From the NCBI GenBank assembly GCA_963719315.1, contig CAVRBU010000002.1, positions 256,001 to 320,000 on the forward strand: DNA of 64,000 bases, read 5' to 3'. The position numbers and the translations under genes were made by a program. Under the pieces are notes generated by a model. It saw nothing but the letters and a program-made list of their open reading frames with translations. It was not told the origin of the DNA and did no database searches. Of this stretch, positions 37,199-47,752 are shown in pieces. Source of the stretch: an uncultured Planctomycetota bacterium (GTDB lineage Bacteria; Planctomycetota; Planctomycetia; Pirellulales; Lacipirellulaceae). Within the stretch, counting starts at the first letter, position 1. Every line of letters begins with the position of its first letter.

Positions 37199-38887
37199 TT
37201 AACTCGACAGTTTGTAGAACACTTCTTCCAGTGTCGTTCGGCCGTTGAGCACTTGTTCCATACCGGCTGCCGCGAGTTCGACCATCCCTTCAGACAAGGC
37301 GATCTGGCGGAGCTTCGTGTGAGGCAGGCCACTCTCGATCCCTTCGTCCAGGGCCGGTGTCACGACCATGATTTCGTAAATCGGAATCCGACCCGAGTAC
37401 CCGGTGCCCAAACATTTTTTGCAGCCGCGGCCGCGATAATACACGGCGTCGGCTGGGGGCTTTCGGTCCTTGCACAACGTTTTGAGCAGCGATTCGTTCG
37501 GTTCGACGGGTTCTTTGCACTCGGGGCAGATTTGCCGCAACAACCGTTGGGCGATCGATCCCAAGAGCGCGCCGCCGATCTTGAAGTTGTCGACTCCTAA
37601 GTCGTTTAGCCGAGCGACGGCGCCGATCGCATCGTTCGCGTGCAGCGTACTGATCAGCAAGTGGCCAGTGAGCGCCGCTTGCACGGCCGTCGAGGCGGTT
37701 TCATGGTCGCGAATTTCGCCCACCATGATCACGTCCGGATCTTGTCGCATGATGTATTTCAGCGCGTTGGCGAAACCCAAGCCATGCTCGTTGTCCGACG
37801 CCACCTGGTTGATGCCCGGTAGGCGATATTCGACTGGATCTTCGACCGTCACGATATTGCGGCTCACCGAATTCAGTTTCGAGAGCAATGCATACATCGT
37901 CGTGGACTTGCCGGAACCCGTCGGGCCGGTCAAGACGATCATACCGTGCGGCCGGTCGATGAGTGATTGAATCGCTTTCAAGTCGCGATCGCTCATTCCG
38001 AGGTGCTGAAACTCGAACGTTTTGCTGCCTTCATCGAGTAACCGCATCACGACTTTTTCGCCGCCGACCGTGGGAATCGTGCTTACGCGGAAATTCACCT
38101 TTGCGCCCGCTTCGTGCACGCTCAGGTGTCCGTCTTGCGGCCGGCGGTTTTCCGTTGTGTCCATGTCGGCCATGACCTTGATGCGGGCCACGACCGCTTC
38201 TTCAATGTGGTTCGGAATCGTCATCACCGCCTGCAACTCGCCGTCGACGCGATAGCGGACGCGCATTTCCGGCACGTGTGGTTCCAAGTGAATATCGCTG
38301 GTGTTGGCGTTGATGGCGCCCATCAGAATCGCGCGAACCAAACGCACGACCGGCGCTTGCTCCTGCTCTTCCGGTGCGTCGGCTGCTAGTTCTTGCTCGA
38401 CAGCATCTTCAGCCGCTTCAAGATCGGCCATCTTCATATCGACAATGGTCTGCCGGGCGACGATCCGTTCGTCGAAACCTCGGTCGAGCGCCGCTTGCAC
38501 CGGCGCTTCGAGAGCGACCACCGGCTCGACGTGATACCCCGAAATCAGCTCTGCTTCAGATATGGTTTCGATATCGTCCGGCGCGACCATTGCAAGCTGC
38601 AGGGTGGTTCCGGACACAGAAATCGGCACGCACGACCGCTGACGGGCTAGCCGTTCCGGCAGTAGCCGCACAACTTGCGGATTGACGGCCTGCGGGACCA
38701 CCTCGGCAAAGGGGACGCCGAATTGATCGGCCAGGGCGTCGCCGAGTTGATCCATCGTTATCAACCCGCGCCGCACAAGAATGCGGCCCAACATACCGCG
38801 CTCCGATCCTTGCGCGGCGAGCGCGGCTTCGAGCTGGCCAGGCGTTACAAAGCCACGTTGAATCAAGATGTCGCCAAGTCGGGCCAT
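37199..38887 (-). CDS. pilB: PilB/GspE extension ATPase with MshEN domain
   Basis: N-terminal RLGDILIQRG...LAAQ tandem motif; SDIHLEP, GPTGSGKST, RQDPDVIMVGEIRD, TGHL..STLH; CxxC/CxxC. Confidence 0.95.
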   Translation of the reverse strand: MARLGDILIQRGFVTPGQLEAALAAQGSERGMLGRILVRRGLITMDQLGDALADQFGVPFAEVVPQAVNPQVVRLLPERLARQRSCVPISVSGTTLQLAMVAPDDIETISEAELISGYHVEPVVALEAPVQAALDRGFDERIVARQTIVDMKMADLEAAEDAVEQELAADAPEEQEQAPVVRLVRAILMGAINANTSDIHLEPHVPEMRVRYRVDGELQAVMTIPNHIEEAVVARIKVMADMDTTENRRPQDGHLSVHEAGAKVNFRVSTIPTVGGEKVVMRLLDEGSKTFEFQHLGMSDRDLKAIQSLIDRPHGMIVLTGPTGSGKSTTMYALLSKLNSVSRNIVTVEDPVEYRLPGINQVASDNEHGLGFANALKYIMRQDPDVIMVGEIRDHETASTAVQAALTGHLLISTLHANDAIGAVARLNDLGVDNFKIGGALLGSIAQRLLRQICPECKEPVEPNESLLKTLCKDRKPPADAVYYRGRGCKKCLGTGYSGRIPIYEIMVVTPALDEGIESGLPHTKLRQIALSEGMVELAAAGMEQVLNGRTTLEEVFYKLSS

Positions 38888-38893
38888 TGTGGG

Positions 38894-38922
38894 AGGGTTC
38901 AGGGTTCAGATTTCAGGGTTCA
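38894..38922. repeat. Heptamer array (AGGGTTC)n upstream of pilB
   Basis: AGGGTTC AGGGTTC AGATTTC AGGGTTC. Confidence 0.75.
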
Positions 38923-38951
38923 ATTCTCGTTGGTCAACGAAGTGAATGCGG

Positions 38952-39350
38952 TTATTGCACGTGCGTTGGGGAAACTGCGGAGGTGAGGCGCTCGATTTTG
39001 GATTCCAGAATCATCGGGTCGTAGGGAATCACCAGGTATTCGTCGGCACCGGCGTTGTAAGCTTTTTGCACGTCTTCCAGGTCGCCGTTGGTAGACAAAA
39101 ACAGGATTGGGATGTTGCTAGTCCGAGTTTCGTTGCTTAGACGGTTAATGAATTCCAGACCATTCATCCCGGGCAGCACGTGATCGACGATGATCATGTT
39201 TGGAAGTCGCTCGTTTAACCATTTGACGGCCCGCTCGGCCGATTCGCACGAGACGACTTCGTAACCGAGCAGCTCCAATCGGAAAGCAGTGATTTCGAGC
39301 AATGTTGGATCGCCTTCGATCAACAAAATGGTAGTCGATAAATCGGACAT
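38952..39350 (-). CDS. Single-domain response regulator (CheY/PilH-like)
   Basis: ILLIEGD, IIVDHVLPGMNG, IPILFLS, GADEYL. Confidence 0.9.
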   Translation of the reverse strand: MSDLSTTILLIEGDPTLLEITAFRLELLGYEVVSCESAERAVKWLNERLPNMIIVDHVLPGMNGLEFINRLSNETRTSNIPILFLSTNGDLEDVQKAYNAGADEYLVIPYDPMILESKIERLTSAVSPTHVQ

Positions 39351-39641
39351 AGCGCAGCATCTAACTTTGTCATGGTGCGCAGGGCGGCACCTAGTTACCT
39401 AGTAATAGGTAGCTCGCTGTAACGGTCCTTCCAACCGCGATTGGGTTCGGAAAGTCCGGATTGCGCCCAGGGCGCCACCACCGCCGGCCAGAGAATCGGC
39501 GCCAACGCTATATCTGGCGAAGCTGTGCTCGCCGGTGGAGCTGACCTCGCGAAGGGTCGCGCCGTCAGCGGCAGCGATTGCAACCCGGAACAAAAAAGCC
39601 CTCTCGATGGGAGCCCGATCAGTGACGCTGCCAGGAAATCC

Positions 39642-40034
39642 TTATACCGCGCAGGCGGCAGGTGATTCGACCAACGCCCGCAACACGTCGCGACGGGCAA
39701 TTACGCCGATCAGACGGCCGTCCTGCATCACCGGCACGCGACGTACGCGGTGCACGATGCACAGGTCCGCGATCCGATTGAGCGGGTCGTTGGCGTTGAC
39801 CGTTATGACTTCGCGGGTCATGTGCTGGCTGACCGTGTGGTTCTTCACGCGCTTATCGTAGGTCACGGCCAGCAACGCGAATTCCGTGATCACGCCCACC
39901 AAGCGGCCATCTTCGTCTGTGACGGGTAGCCCGCTAATATGCCGGCTGAGCAAGATTTCAATGGCTTCCTCGATCGAACTATTTGGCCTCACGGCTACGA
40001 GGTCGGTGGTCATAATTGAACCGGCGGTCAACAT
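39642..40034 (-). CDS. CBS-pair protein
   Basis: AGGAG RBS; ISGLPV.D..GRLVGVIT and VRRVPV...LIGVI.RRD. Confidence 0.9.
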   Translation of the reverse strand: MLTAGSIMTTDLVAVRPNSSIEEAIEILLSRHISGLPVTDEDGRLVGVITEFALLAVTYDKRVKNHTVSQHMTREVITVNANDPLNRIADLCIVHRVRRVPVMQDGRLIGVIARRDVLRALVESPAACAV

Positions 40035-40327
40035 TGCAAATACTCCTGGTCTCAAAGCATTCGACAACAAATTGAGTAATGCGGACAGTGCTCCAGCGGC
40101 CATATGTCACACACAAGATTAGTACGCTTGGGTCGCGGGGCGACTCCAGCCAGCCACCAAAACGCGGCCCAAACTCCTCGGCTGCCCCGCCTGCGGGTTC
40201 ATTCGCTACAATCCGGACAACCATTTTCGCGTGCCTGCGCCAAACGCTCATCCCGTTTTCGGAGGCAACTCACACCAATCGAGGACGGCTCGGCAGTCAT
40301 AAATCGCTGCGCGTGAAATAATTCTTC

Positions 40328-41492
40328 ATGGCCAATTCTTTGCAATCGAAGATCGCGACGACGGCATTCGCTTTTCGCGGCTACAACATCGTCAACCTGG
40401 GCCGTACGCCCGAGTTGCTGGCCCATCCAACCTACGGCCCGACGATCCGCCGCTATTTACAGCGCGGCAGCGAGGTTTGCGCCGGAATTATCGGTGGTCC
40501 CGTGGATCTCATCGAGACCGTGTCGCGGCGCGAGGAACCGGGACTGGATCGCTATGCGGAAGCCGTGACACTGATCGTCGCGGCCGATCTGGCCCAGGTC
40601 GAACTGCTGGAAGAGTTTCACGGCGTTCGCTTCCGCGAAGCCAAACTGGCCTTTGGGTACAGCCTTGGCGAGCTCTCGGCCGTGGCGTGCGCCGGCGTGT
40701 TCAGCATGGCCGAAGTGCTCAGCGTGCCAGTGGCGATGGCCAACGATTGCGCGGCCTTGGCGAACAACGTGACAATGGGTGTGCTGTTCTCGCGCGGCCC
40801 GGCGATTGACGAACTGGATGTGAATCGGCTGTGCCGGCTGATCACATCCGAAGGTCACGGGACCATTGCCGTCTCTTCAATCCTGACGCCGAACACCTAT
40901 CTGCTTTTGGGCCAGAACGACACGATCACCCGCTTCAAAGCAGAGATGCACAAGTTCCTGCCCGATCCGGCCCACGTCAAGCTCAATCCCGAACGCTGGC
41001 CGCCGCTGCATACGCCGATCGCGCGACAACGGCACATTCCCGACCGGGCGGCCGTCATGATGGAAGTAATGAGAGGCGGCCTACAGCCCCCTTGCCCGCC
41101 CGTACTGTCGCTCGTTACGGGTGAGCGGAGCTACGACGACTATCATGTGCGCGACGTTTTACGCGATTGGATCGACCACCCTCAAAGATTGTGGGACGCC
41201 ATTTATGAAACGCTAGCTACCGGAATTTCGACGGTTATCCATGTCGGTCCGGGACCAAACGTGATTCCTGCAACATTTACCCGCTTGAGCGAAAACGTCA
41301 ACCAACAAATCAGTAGCCGAAAGCTGGGACGAATGGGGATGCGGGCGGCCGATGGCCTCGCGCCGGCCGTGGCTTTCGGCATTGCTACCAAGCCGGGCCG
41401 CGCTGCTGCGAGCACCGCTGCTAAGGCACATCATCCTCGAAGACTGGTTACTTGAGAATGCGCCGGGCAGTGAAACGGAAAGCGTTACATGA
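40328..41492 (+). CDS. FabD-like acyltransferase (frameshift at about 41362)
   Basis: AFAFRG, GYSLGE nucleophile elbow, PPLHTP, HVGPG. A one-base correction gives ...ILEDWLLENAPGSETESVT*. Confidence 0.75.
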
Positions 41493-41569
41493 TCGACACG
41501 TCGCTTGATAACGGTCGTACAGCCCACCATGCGAGACATCGTACAATGAAAAGCATTGCGATGACTGCC

Positions 41570-43216
41570 CTACTCTTTCAATGGCATTCGATAACATGCG
41601 GCTTCACGAGAGTTTCGCACGAGCAAGAACGGTGCCGCAAACGCCGGATTATTCCACGTGACGTTTGCATCATCGAGCACGCGCACACTGGCCAATTCGC
41701 GGTATTCGCGTGGTGACGCCTCGACCAGTGCCAGCTCGCCCGTTTCGGATAACACTAGAATCGTATTGCCGATGAGCATGATTTGCCCGTGGCCGAAGGC
41801 GGGCTCGCGGCGTTTCTTCCACTTCACCGCACCGGTTTCCAACTCCATACATTCGAGCAATACATCGTCGAGCCCGTAGACATAGCCGTCGCAAAACACA
41901 ATGTTGCTGAACTTGGACTTCATCACCTTCTTGATCGGTGGCTGCCAGAGCGGCAATGCAGAAAGATCTCCGGCTGAGTCGCGTTTGATTGCCAGCAGCG
42001 AACAACCGACGCCATAGCCTTTCGAAAGGAATAATCGATCGCCCTCCAACGGCACTGGCTGCGGGCAAGACGCACTGCTGTCGTGTTCGTCGGGCCAGGG
42101 GCGTTCCCACAACACTTTGCCGTCGCCGGCGCGATGGCCCGTCACCCAGCCTTCGTTTACGACGATGATTTGGCGCTCGCCGGCGAGTGTGGCCAAAACC
42201 GGCGAGGCGTAACTCGCTTGCCGTGCGCCGGCTTTCCAGCGGACGGCGCCGGTTGCGATGTCAAACGCGACGAGGGAGGAGTTGTATTTGGTGGAATCCG
42301 CCGTGGATCCGGCCGCAGAAGCGGCCTCGCCGGATTCGCCGGACGGGGCGCCAACGCTGATTATGGCCATATCGGCCACGACGAGTGGTGAGCCGGATTT
42401 TCCCCAAGTGGTGACGGCTGCGCCGAACTCGTTGGCAGTGTCATGCATCCAGAGCGCGTGGCCGGTACGGGCGTCGAGACAATTGACGATTCCAGTACCA
42501 CCCTGCGTAAAGATGCGGTCGCCGTGGATGGTAGGAGTTGCCCGCGGGCCAACGTCGCCTAGACCGCCGATGGCATCCGCCGGGTCGAACCGCGTTTTGT
42601 CGGCATGCGTCCACACCGGTTCGCCCGTCTGCAGCCGATAGCAAGTGACGAGCTCATTCTCGCCGCGTTGTTCCTGAGTGACCGCGTAGTCGCCGACAAT
42701 AGAGAACGCTCCCCAACCCGCGCCAATTTCGTGTCGCCACAATTCTTTTGGCGGATGGTCTTGCCAGTTGGTCTCCAATTCGACGCCATCGACCTCGGCC
42801 CAATATCCGTTGCCCAGAAAGCGTGGATAGTCACGGGGCGCAGATTTCCAATCGGATGCCTCACCGGCCGAAATAAGTTGCTTCAGCGATTCGTCAGCAT
42901 TTTTCGCGAACCGCAACCGCCAGCGGTAAACGCCCATATCGCCGTTATAGACCGGCCGAAACGCGATGAAAAACGCAGCAACTCCAACCGCCAATGTGCC
43001 GACTAATGCCCACCGGATTCGACGCTGCCCACCGCAGTAGAAGAGAAACCATACTGCGATCGCCGCGACGCTAGTCAGCAGAACGATCACGTGTCCCAGT
43101 GTGTGGTATCGCGAGTAATTCGCGTGCCACAGCCACCACGTAGCAGCCGCCGTCAACACAAGCGCGGGAAACCATCTGTGGCGCATCGGCGATTTTGCGT
43201 GTGGGCAAGTCGGCAT
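41570..43216 (-). CDS. PQQ-like (BamB-type) beta-propeller membrane protein
   Basis: Three N-terminal TMs, PRFLG, GPRATP, SYASP, TG...W repeats, TWN.P. Start uncertain. Confidence 0.85.
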   Translation of the reverse strand: MPTCPHAKSPMRHRWFPALVLTAAATWWLWHANYSRYHTLGHVIVLLTSVAAIAVWFLFYCGGQRRIRWALVGTLAVGVAAFFIAFRPVYNGDMGVYRWRLRFAKNADESLKQLISAGEASDWKSAPRDYPRFLGNGYWAEVDGVELETNWQDHPPKELWRHEIGAGWGAFSIVGDYAVTQEQRGENELVTCYRLQTGEPVWTHADKTRFDPADAIGGLGDVGPRATPTIHGDRIFTQGGTGIVNCLDARTGHALWMHDTANEFGAAVTTWGKSGSPLVVADMAIISVGAPSGESGEAASAAGSTADSTKYNSSLVAFDIATGAVRWKAGARQASYASPVLATLAGERQIIVVNEGWVTGHRAGDGKVLWERPWPDEHDSSASCPQPVPLEGDRLFLSKGYGVGCSLLAIKRDSAGDLSALPLWQPPIKKVMKSKFSNIVFCDGYVYGLDDVLLECMELETGAVKWKKRREPAFGHGQIMLIGNTILVLSETGELALVEASPREYRELASVRVLDDANVTWNNPAFAAPFLLVRNSREAACYRMPLKE

Positions 43217-43375
43217 GGTTTGCGCGGCATCTGCCGCGTTGCGTGCTCTGTTCGAGTTGTATTGAATCGTAGGGATCGAGAAGCAAGGCGGCAAGGCGAC
43301 TGCCGGGGCACCCGCGTTGTTGTTAGGATGAAATGCGCCGGAAAGCACGCACTTCACTCGTTGGCAGACTCGTAT

Positions 43376-44157
43376 ATGGCAGACTTCGACGATTCGCTGA
43401 ATGGCCAAGCGGCGGTGGTCACTGGTAGCTCCGGCGGCATCGGGCGAGCGATCGCACTGGAATTGGCACGTGCGGGGGCGGACATACTCGTCCACGCACG
43501 ACAAAATCGGCAAGGCGCCGAAGAAACTGCCGACTCGATCGCGCGCTCGGCCGTGAAGCGAATGTGCTATTGGCCGATCTCAGCGATCTTGCTGCGCAAG
43601 ACGAGCTGGTGGCGGCTGCCTGGAAGTGGCGCAAGATTGATGTGTGGGTGAACAATGCGGGCGTCGATGTACTGACGGGCGCGGCCGCTAAGTGGTCGTT
43701 TGAGGAGAAACTGACCGCGTTATGGAGGGTCGATGTCGTTGGCACACTTCGACTGTCTCGCGCGGTTGGCGAGCGGATGCGCGAGCGCGGCCACGGCGTA
43801 ATCCTCAACATGGGCTGGGATCAGGCGGAGACGGGTATGGCTGGCGACAGCGGGCAGATGTTTACCGCGGTCAAGGCTGCCGTGATGGCTGCTACACGGA
43901 GCCTCGCCAAGTCGTTTGCGCCGGAAGTGCGCGTCAATTGCGTGGCGCCGGGGTGGATCCGCACCGATTGGGGCCAGCAGGCATCCGACGCCTGGCAGAG
44001 AATCGCAGTTGGCGACTCCCTGCTTGAGCGTTGGGGCGAGCCCGAGGACGTGGCGCGGGCGGCACGTTTTCTCGTTTCTCCCGCGGCCGGATTCATCAAC
44101 GGACAAATAATCCAAGTCAATGGCGGACGCAACGACTCTGGAAATGTGCGTAAGTGA
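43376..44157 (+). CDS. Atypical SDR oxidoreductase (frameshift at about 43541)
   Basis: VTGSSGGIG, VNNAG, RVNCVAPGWI.T, G.PEDVA, GQ.I.VNGG; FxxxK instead of YxxxK. Confidence 0.85.
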
Positions 44158-44166
44158 AGACTGGTC

Positions 44167-45579
44167 ATGCCTGCTGAGCACATCCATTTCGTGACTGGCC
44201 GCCTCGCCGAGCACTCGTTGCGTACGACGGTCGAACGGCTCGCCCGCGATATGGAGTTTGCGTACTCAATCGACGTACTGCCCATTACGGTGGCCGCGTT
44301 AATGACGCCCGAATGGATCGCGCGGCGAATCAAGCTATCGGTCGGCGCCACGCGTGTGCTAGTGCCAGGTTATTGCACCGGAGATTTGCAACCAATTCAA
44401 GCATCGACCGGTGTTCCGGTTGAACGTGGCCCGCGCGACTTGCGCGAACTGCCGGCGTTCTTTGGCCGCGAGCCAACTCCCGCCGATTACGGCGCATACG
44501 ACATCGAGATCATTGCGGAGATCAACCATTGTCCGCGATTGTCACTCGCCGAAATCCGAGACACAGCACGGCGATTGGCGGTCGACGGGACGGACGTGAT
44601 CGATGTCGGTTGCGAACCCGACGGCCCCTGGTCCGGAGTGGCAGATGTCGTCCGCGCTCTCTGTGATGACGGGCACCGAGTTTCGATCGATAGCCTGGAC
44701 CCGCTCGAAATCGCGCCGGCAGTCCGCGCGGGGGCGGGGCTGGTGTTATCGGTAAACCGCTCGAATCGGGAGGCAGCCCGCGATTGGGGGTGCGAAGTAG
44801 TCGTCGTGCCCGATGATCCGCGGTCGTTTGCAGGGCTCGACGAGACCATTGAAGATTTGGCCAGCCACGGTGTGCGGTTGCGGATCGACCCGGTTTTGGA
44901 ACCCATTGGGTTCGGCTTCGCCCAGAGCCTGGGCCGGTATTTGAGCGTCCGCGAGCGCTATCCGGATGCGGAAATGATGATGGGAATCGGCAATCTGACG
45001 GAACTAACCGACGCCGATTCGGCGGCCATCAACGCAGTGCTGTTGGGATTCTGCGAAGAACTAAGAATCCGTAGCGTGCTTACCACGCAAGTCATCAACT
45101 GGGCCCGCACGAGTGTGCGCGAGTGCGATCTCGCGCGGCGGCTCATGTATCACTCTATCCGGCACCGAGTATTGCCGAAGCATTTGGAGCCGCGGTTAGT
45201 GATACTCCGCGATCCGACCGTCGAGGAAATGCCGCAAAACGATTTGGAGCGGCTCGCGCGCGAAATCAAGGACGCGAATTACCGCATTTTCGTGGCCGGC
45301 GGCGAAGTCCACGTCGTGAGTCGCAGCCTGCACCTACATGGCGCGGACCCGTTTACCATCTTTGAGCAATTGAGGCACGAGGGCGAAGGAGGCGGGCTGC
45401 CGAAAAATTTAGATGCCGCTCACTCCTTCTATCTGGGCTACGAGATGTGCAAAGCGGCGACCGCGCTTGCGCTCGACAAGCAGTATCAACAAGATGAGCC
45501 ACTGAATTGGGGGTTCTTGACGCGCGACGAAGCGCAACACTATCTGCGGGCGCAACCCGATCCGCCGGAGGCGCCGTAA
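44167..45579 (+). CDS. Dihydropteroate synthase-like Orf20 (DUF6513/DUF4346), methanopterin-biosynthesis type
   Basis: HFVTGRLAE, VAALMT, GP.DLRELP.FFG, DVIDVGC, DPVLEPIGFG, GNLTELTDADS, H.FYLGYE..KA..AL...KQY.QDE.L.WG. Confidence 0.8.
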   Translation: MPAEHIHFVTGRLAEHSLRTTVERLARDMEFAYSIDVLPITVAALMTPEWIARRIKLSVGATRVLVPGYCTGDLQPIQASTGVPVERGPRDLRELPAFFGREPTPADYGAYDIEIIAEINHCPRLSLAEIRDTARRLAVDGTDVIDVGCEPDGPWSGVADVVRALCDDGHRVSIDSLDPLEIAPAVRAGAGLVLSVNRSNREAARDWGCEVVVVPDDPRSFAGLDETIEDLASHGVRLRIDPVLEPIGFGFAQSLGRYLSVRERYPDAEMMMGIGNLTELTDADSAAINAVLLGFCEELRIRSVLTTQVINWARTSVRECDLARRLMYHSIRHRVLPKHLEPRLVILRDPTVEEMPQNDLERLAREIKDANYRIFVAGGEVHVVSRSLHLHGADPFTIFEQLRHEGEGGGLPKNLDAAHSFYLGYEMCKAATALALDKQYQQDEPLNWGFLTRDEAQHYLRAQPDPPEAP

Positions 45580-45581
45580 AG

Positions 45582-47001
45582 ATGGCAGCCGACGAACAAG
45601 AAATGCTGCCGCTGGTGGAGCGGCTGAGCCCATCGCTCACGGCCGTGGACGTTTTTAGGCGGTTGAGCGGTTTGCCGCATGTCGTGTTTTTCGATAGCGC
45701 GATGCGGCACGAAAAACTGGGCCGCTACTCATTCGTCGCCGCCGATCCCATTGAATGGCTCACGTCGGCCGACGGAAGTGGGGCTTTCGCTCAACTGACA
45801 GACCGTGTCCAGACATTGCCTAATCGGATTCGGCCGGAGCTTCCACCGTTTCAGGGAGGGTGGGCCGGATTGTTCGGTTACGAGCTTGCCGGCAGTTTTG
45901 AGCGGGTGCCGCGGGCCAAGATCGACGAATTTAATGTGCCAGACCTCGCCGTCGGATTGTACGACGTGATTGCGGCGTTTGACCATCGCCTGGGATCGGC
46001 CTACCTGATTTCGCAGGGGATTCCGGAGATCGATCCGAAGGCACGATTTGAACGGGCGGCGAACAGACTGGCGTATTTCCGCGGGCTGTTGGCAAACCCA
46101 GCTACAAACGGAGAACAACGACATCGCGGCGCGTCGAATCTGGCGGCCAGTGAACTCGCCCCGCAATTCTCGATTGCAGGACGCGGCGGGTTAACTAGCA
46201 ATTTCTCGGCAGATGATTATCGCCGCGCGGTACAACGGGCCATCATCTACATCTACGCAGGCGATGTATTTCAAGTGAATCTCTCGCAGCGGCTTCTGCA
46301 TTCGGCTGCCTCGTCGCCGATCGAATTGTATTGCCGTCTGCGAAAGCGAAATCCGGCCCCGTTTGCCGGCTATTTGGACGGCGGCGATTGGCAAATCATG
46401 AGCGCGTCGCCCGAGCGATTCGTGCGGGTGGCGGATGGCCAAGTTGAAACTCGGCCGATCAAGGGCACGCGCGGCCGAGCCCGGCGCCCCGAGGCCGACT
46501 TGTTTGCCGGCGACGATTTGCGGGCGAGCGAAAAGGACCGCGCCGAGAATGTCATGATCGTCGATTTGCTGCGCAACGACCTGTCGCGCACGTGCCGGCC
46601 GGAAAGCGTGCGGGTATCGCAACTATGCGGACTGGAAATGTATGAATACGTGCAGCATTTGGTCTCGGTTGTGGAAGGAACGCTGCGTTCGGAACGTCAC
46701 ACCCCTCGACGTGCTGCGAACCTCGTTTCCCGGCGGATCGGTCACCGGTGCGCCGAAGATTCGCGCGATGGAAATCATCTCAGAATTGGAACCAACCGTG
46801 CGCGGCGCCTATTGCGGGTCGCTCGGCTATCTCGGCGTCGGGGACCAAGTGGATACAAACATCCTCATTCGCACAATCACCAGCGCGCGCGGCTGGTGGC
46901 AACTCCCGGTCGGCGGTGGAATCGTGGCCGGGTCCGAGCCGCAGAGCGAGTATGAAGAGACCTGGCACAAAGCGGCGGGGATGTTGCGGGCACTTGCCTG
47001 A
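45582..47001 (+). CDS. pabB: Aminodeoxychorismate synthase component I (frameshift at about 46690)
   Basis: [56 protein letters not shown]. Confidence 0.88.
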
Positions 47002-47076
47002 CTTCGATTGTTAGATATCGGATGCCCGTGATAGAATTAAAACAGTGAATGCATCCTCTTGCGACGACCGAGAATC

Positions 47077-47607
47077 ATGACCGAGCGGCAATTCTACGAC
47101 TGGCAGACGGCAGGCGGCGGCGGCGATGTGCTGTGCCTCGTGGGAGTGCTGGAACGGCTGGAGATTCCGTGGTGCATGATCGGCGGGCTGGCCGTCAACC
47201 ATTGGTCGGAGGAGCCGCTGGCTACGGCTGACGTCGATGTTGTTATCGCGCACGAACGCGTGGAAGAAGCAGTGGAGGCATTGGTCGAGAACGGCTTTAC
47301 AGCGAATCGATTTGAATGGTCGATCAATCTGACGGGCTCGTCCAAAGTATCGATGCAAATCAGCACGGACGAAATGTATCGCGAATTCCCGTCTCGCAGC
47401 GCCGCCGCGGACGTGCACGGCATCCTGATGCGTGTCGCGTCGTTGCATGACACGCTGGCGGGGAAGATCGTCGCTTGGCGAGATCATCGCCGCCGGCCGA
47501 GCAAGCGGCAAAAGGACTTGCTCGACATCATGCGCTTGGTGGAATCGCACCCTGAATTAAAATTCGACCTACCGACGGAATTGGCGGCGCAAATGCCAGA
47601 GCAGTAA
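47077..47607 (+). CDS. Nucleotidyltransferase-fold protein (AbiEii/MNT-like)
   Basis: IGGLAV....P..T.DVD motif and C-terminal K....R..K..KD..D. Confidence 0.65.
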   Translation: MTERQFYDWQTAGGGGDVLCLVGVLERLEIPWCMIGGLAVNHWSEEPLATADVDVVIAHERVEEAVEALVENGFTANRFEWSINLTGSSKVSMQISTDEMYREFPSRSAAADVHGILMRVASLHDTLAGKIVAWRDHRRRPSKRQKDLLDIMRLVESHPELKFDLPTELAAQMPEQ

Positions 47608-47633
47608 ATTCGCGGGAGGAGTCGTTCGCCGTG

Positions 47634-47706
47634 GGTGGCACCGACTTTCGGCCGCCTGTGCATCGCCATCGCACCCAAGCTTCCACGGCCGAATGTCGGT
47701 GCCACC
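47634..47706. repeat. Long inverted repeat between convergent genes
   Basis: GGTGGCACCGACTTTCGGCCG ... CGGCCGAATGTCGGTGCCACC. Confidence 0.7.
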
Positions 47707-47752
47707 TGCGTGATGTCCCCTTTTCCTTCCCCAAAGGCAAAACGCAATGGTT

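Noticed and set aside
39360..39640. GGAAAGTCC and several hairpins suggesting RNase P RNA or a riboswitch upstream of the pilus cluster
   Set aside because: The other RNase P conserved regions (e.g. the 3' ACAGAA...GCUUA) are missing and the gap is short. No riboswitch consensus was recognised; an Rfam scan would settle it.
40328..44157. PKS/fatty-acid biosynthetic cluster (FabD-like plus SDR)
   Set aside because: No ketosynthase or ACP; the genes are separated by an opposite-strand gene and the SDR is coupled to Orf20-pabB.
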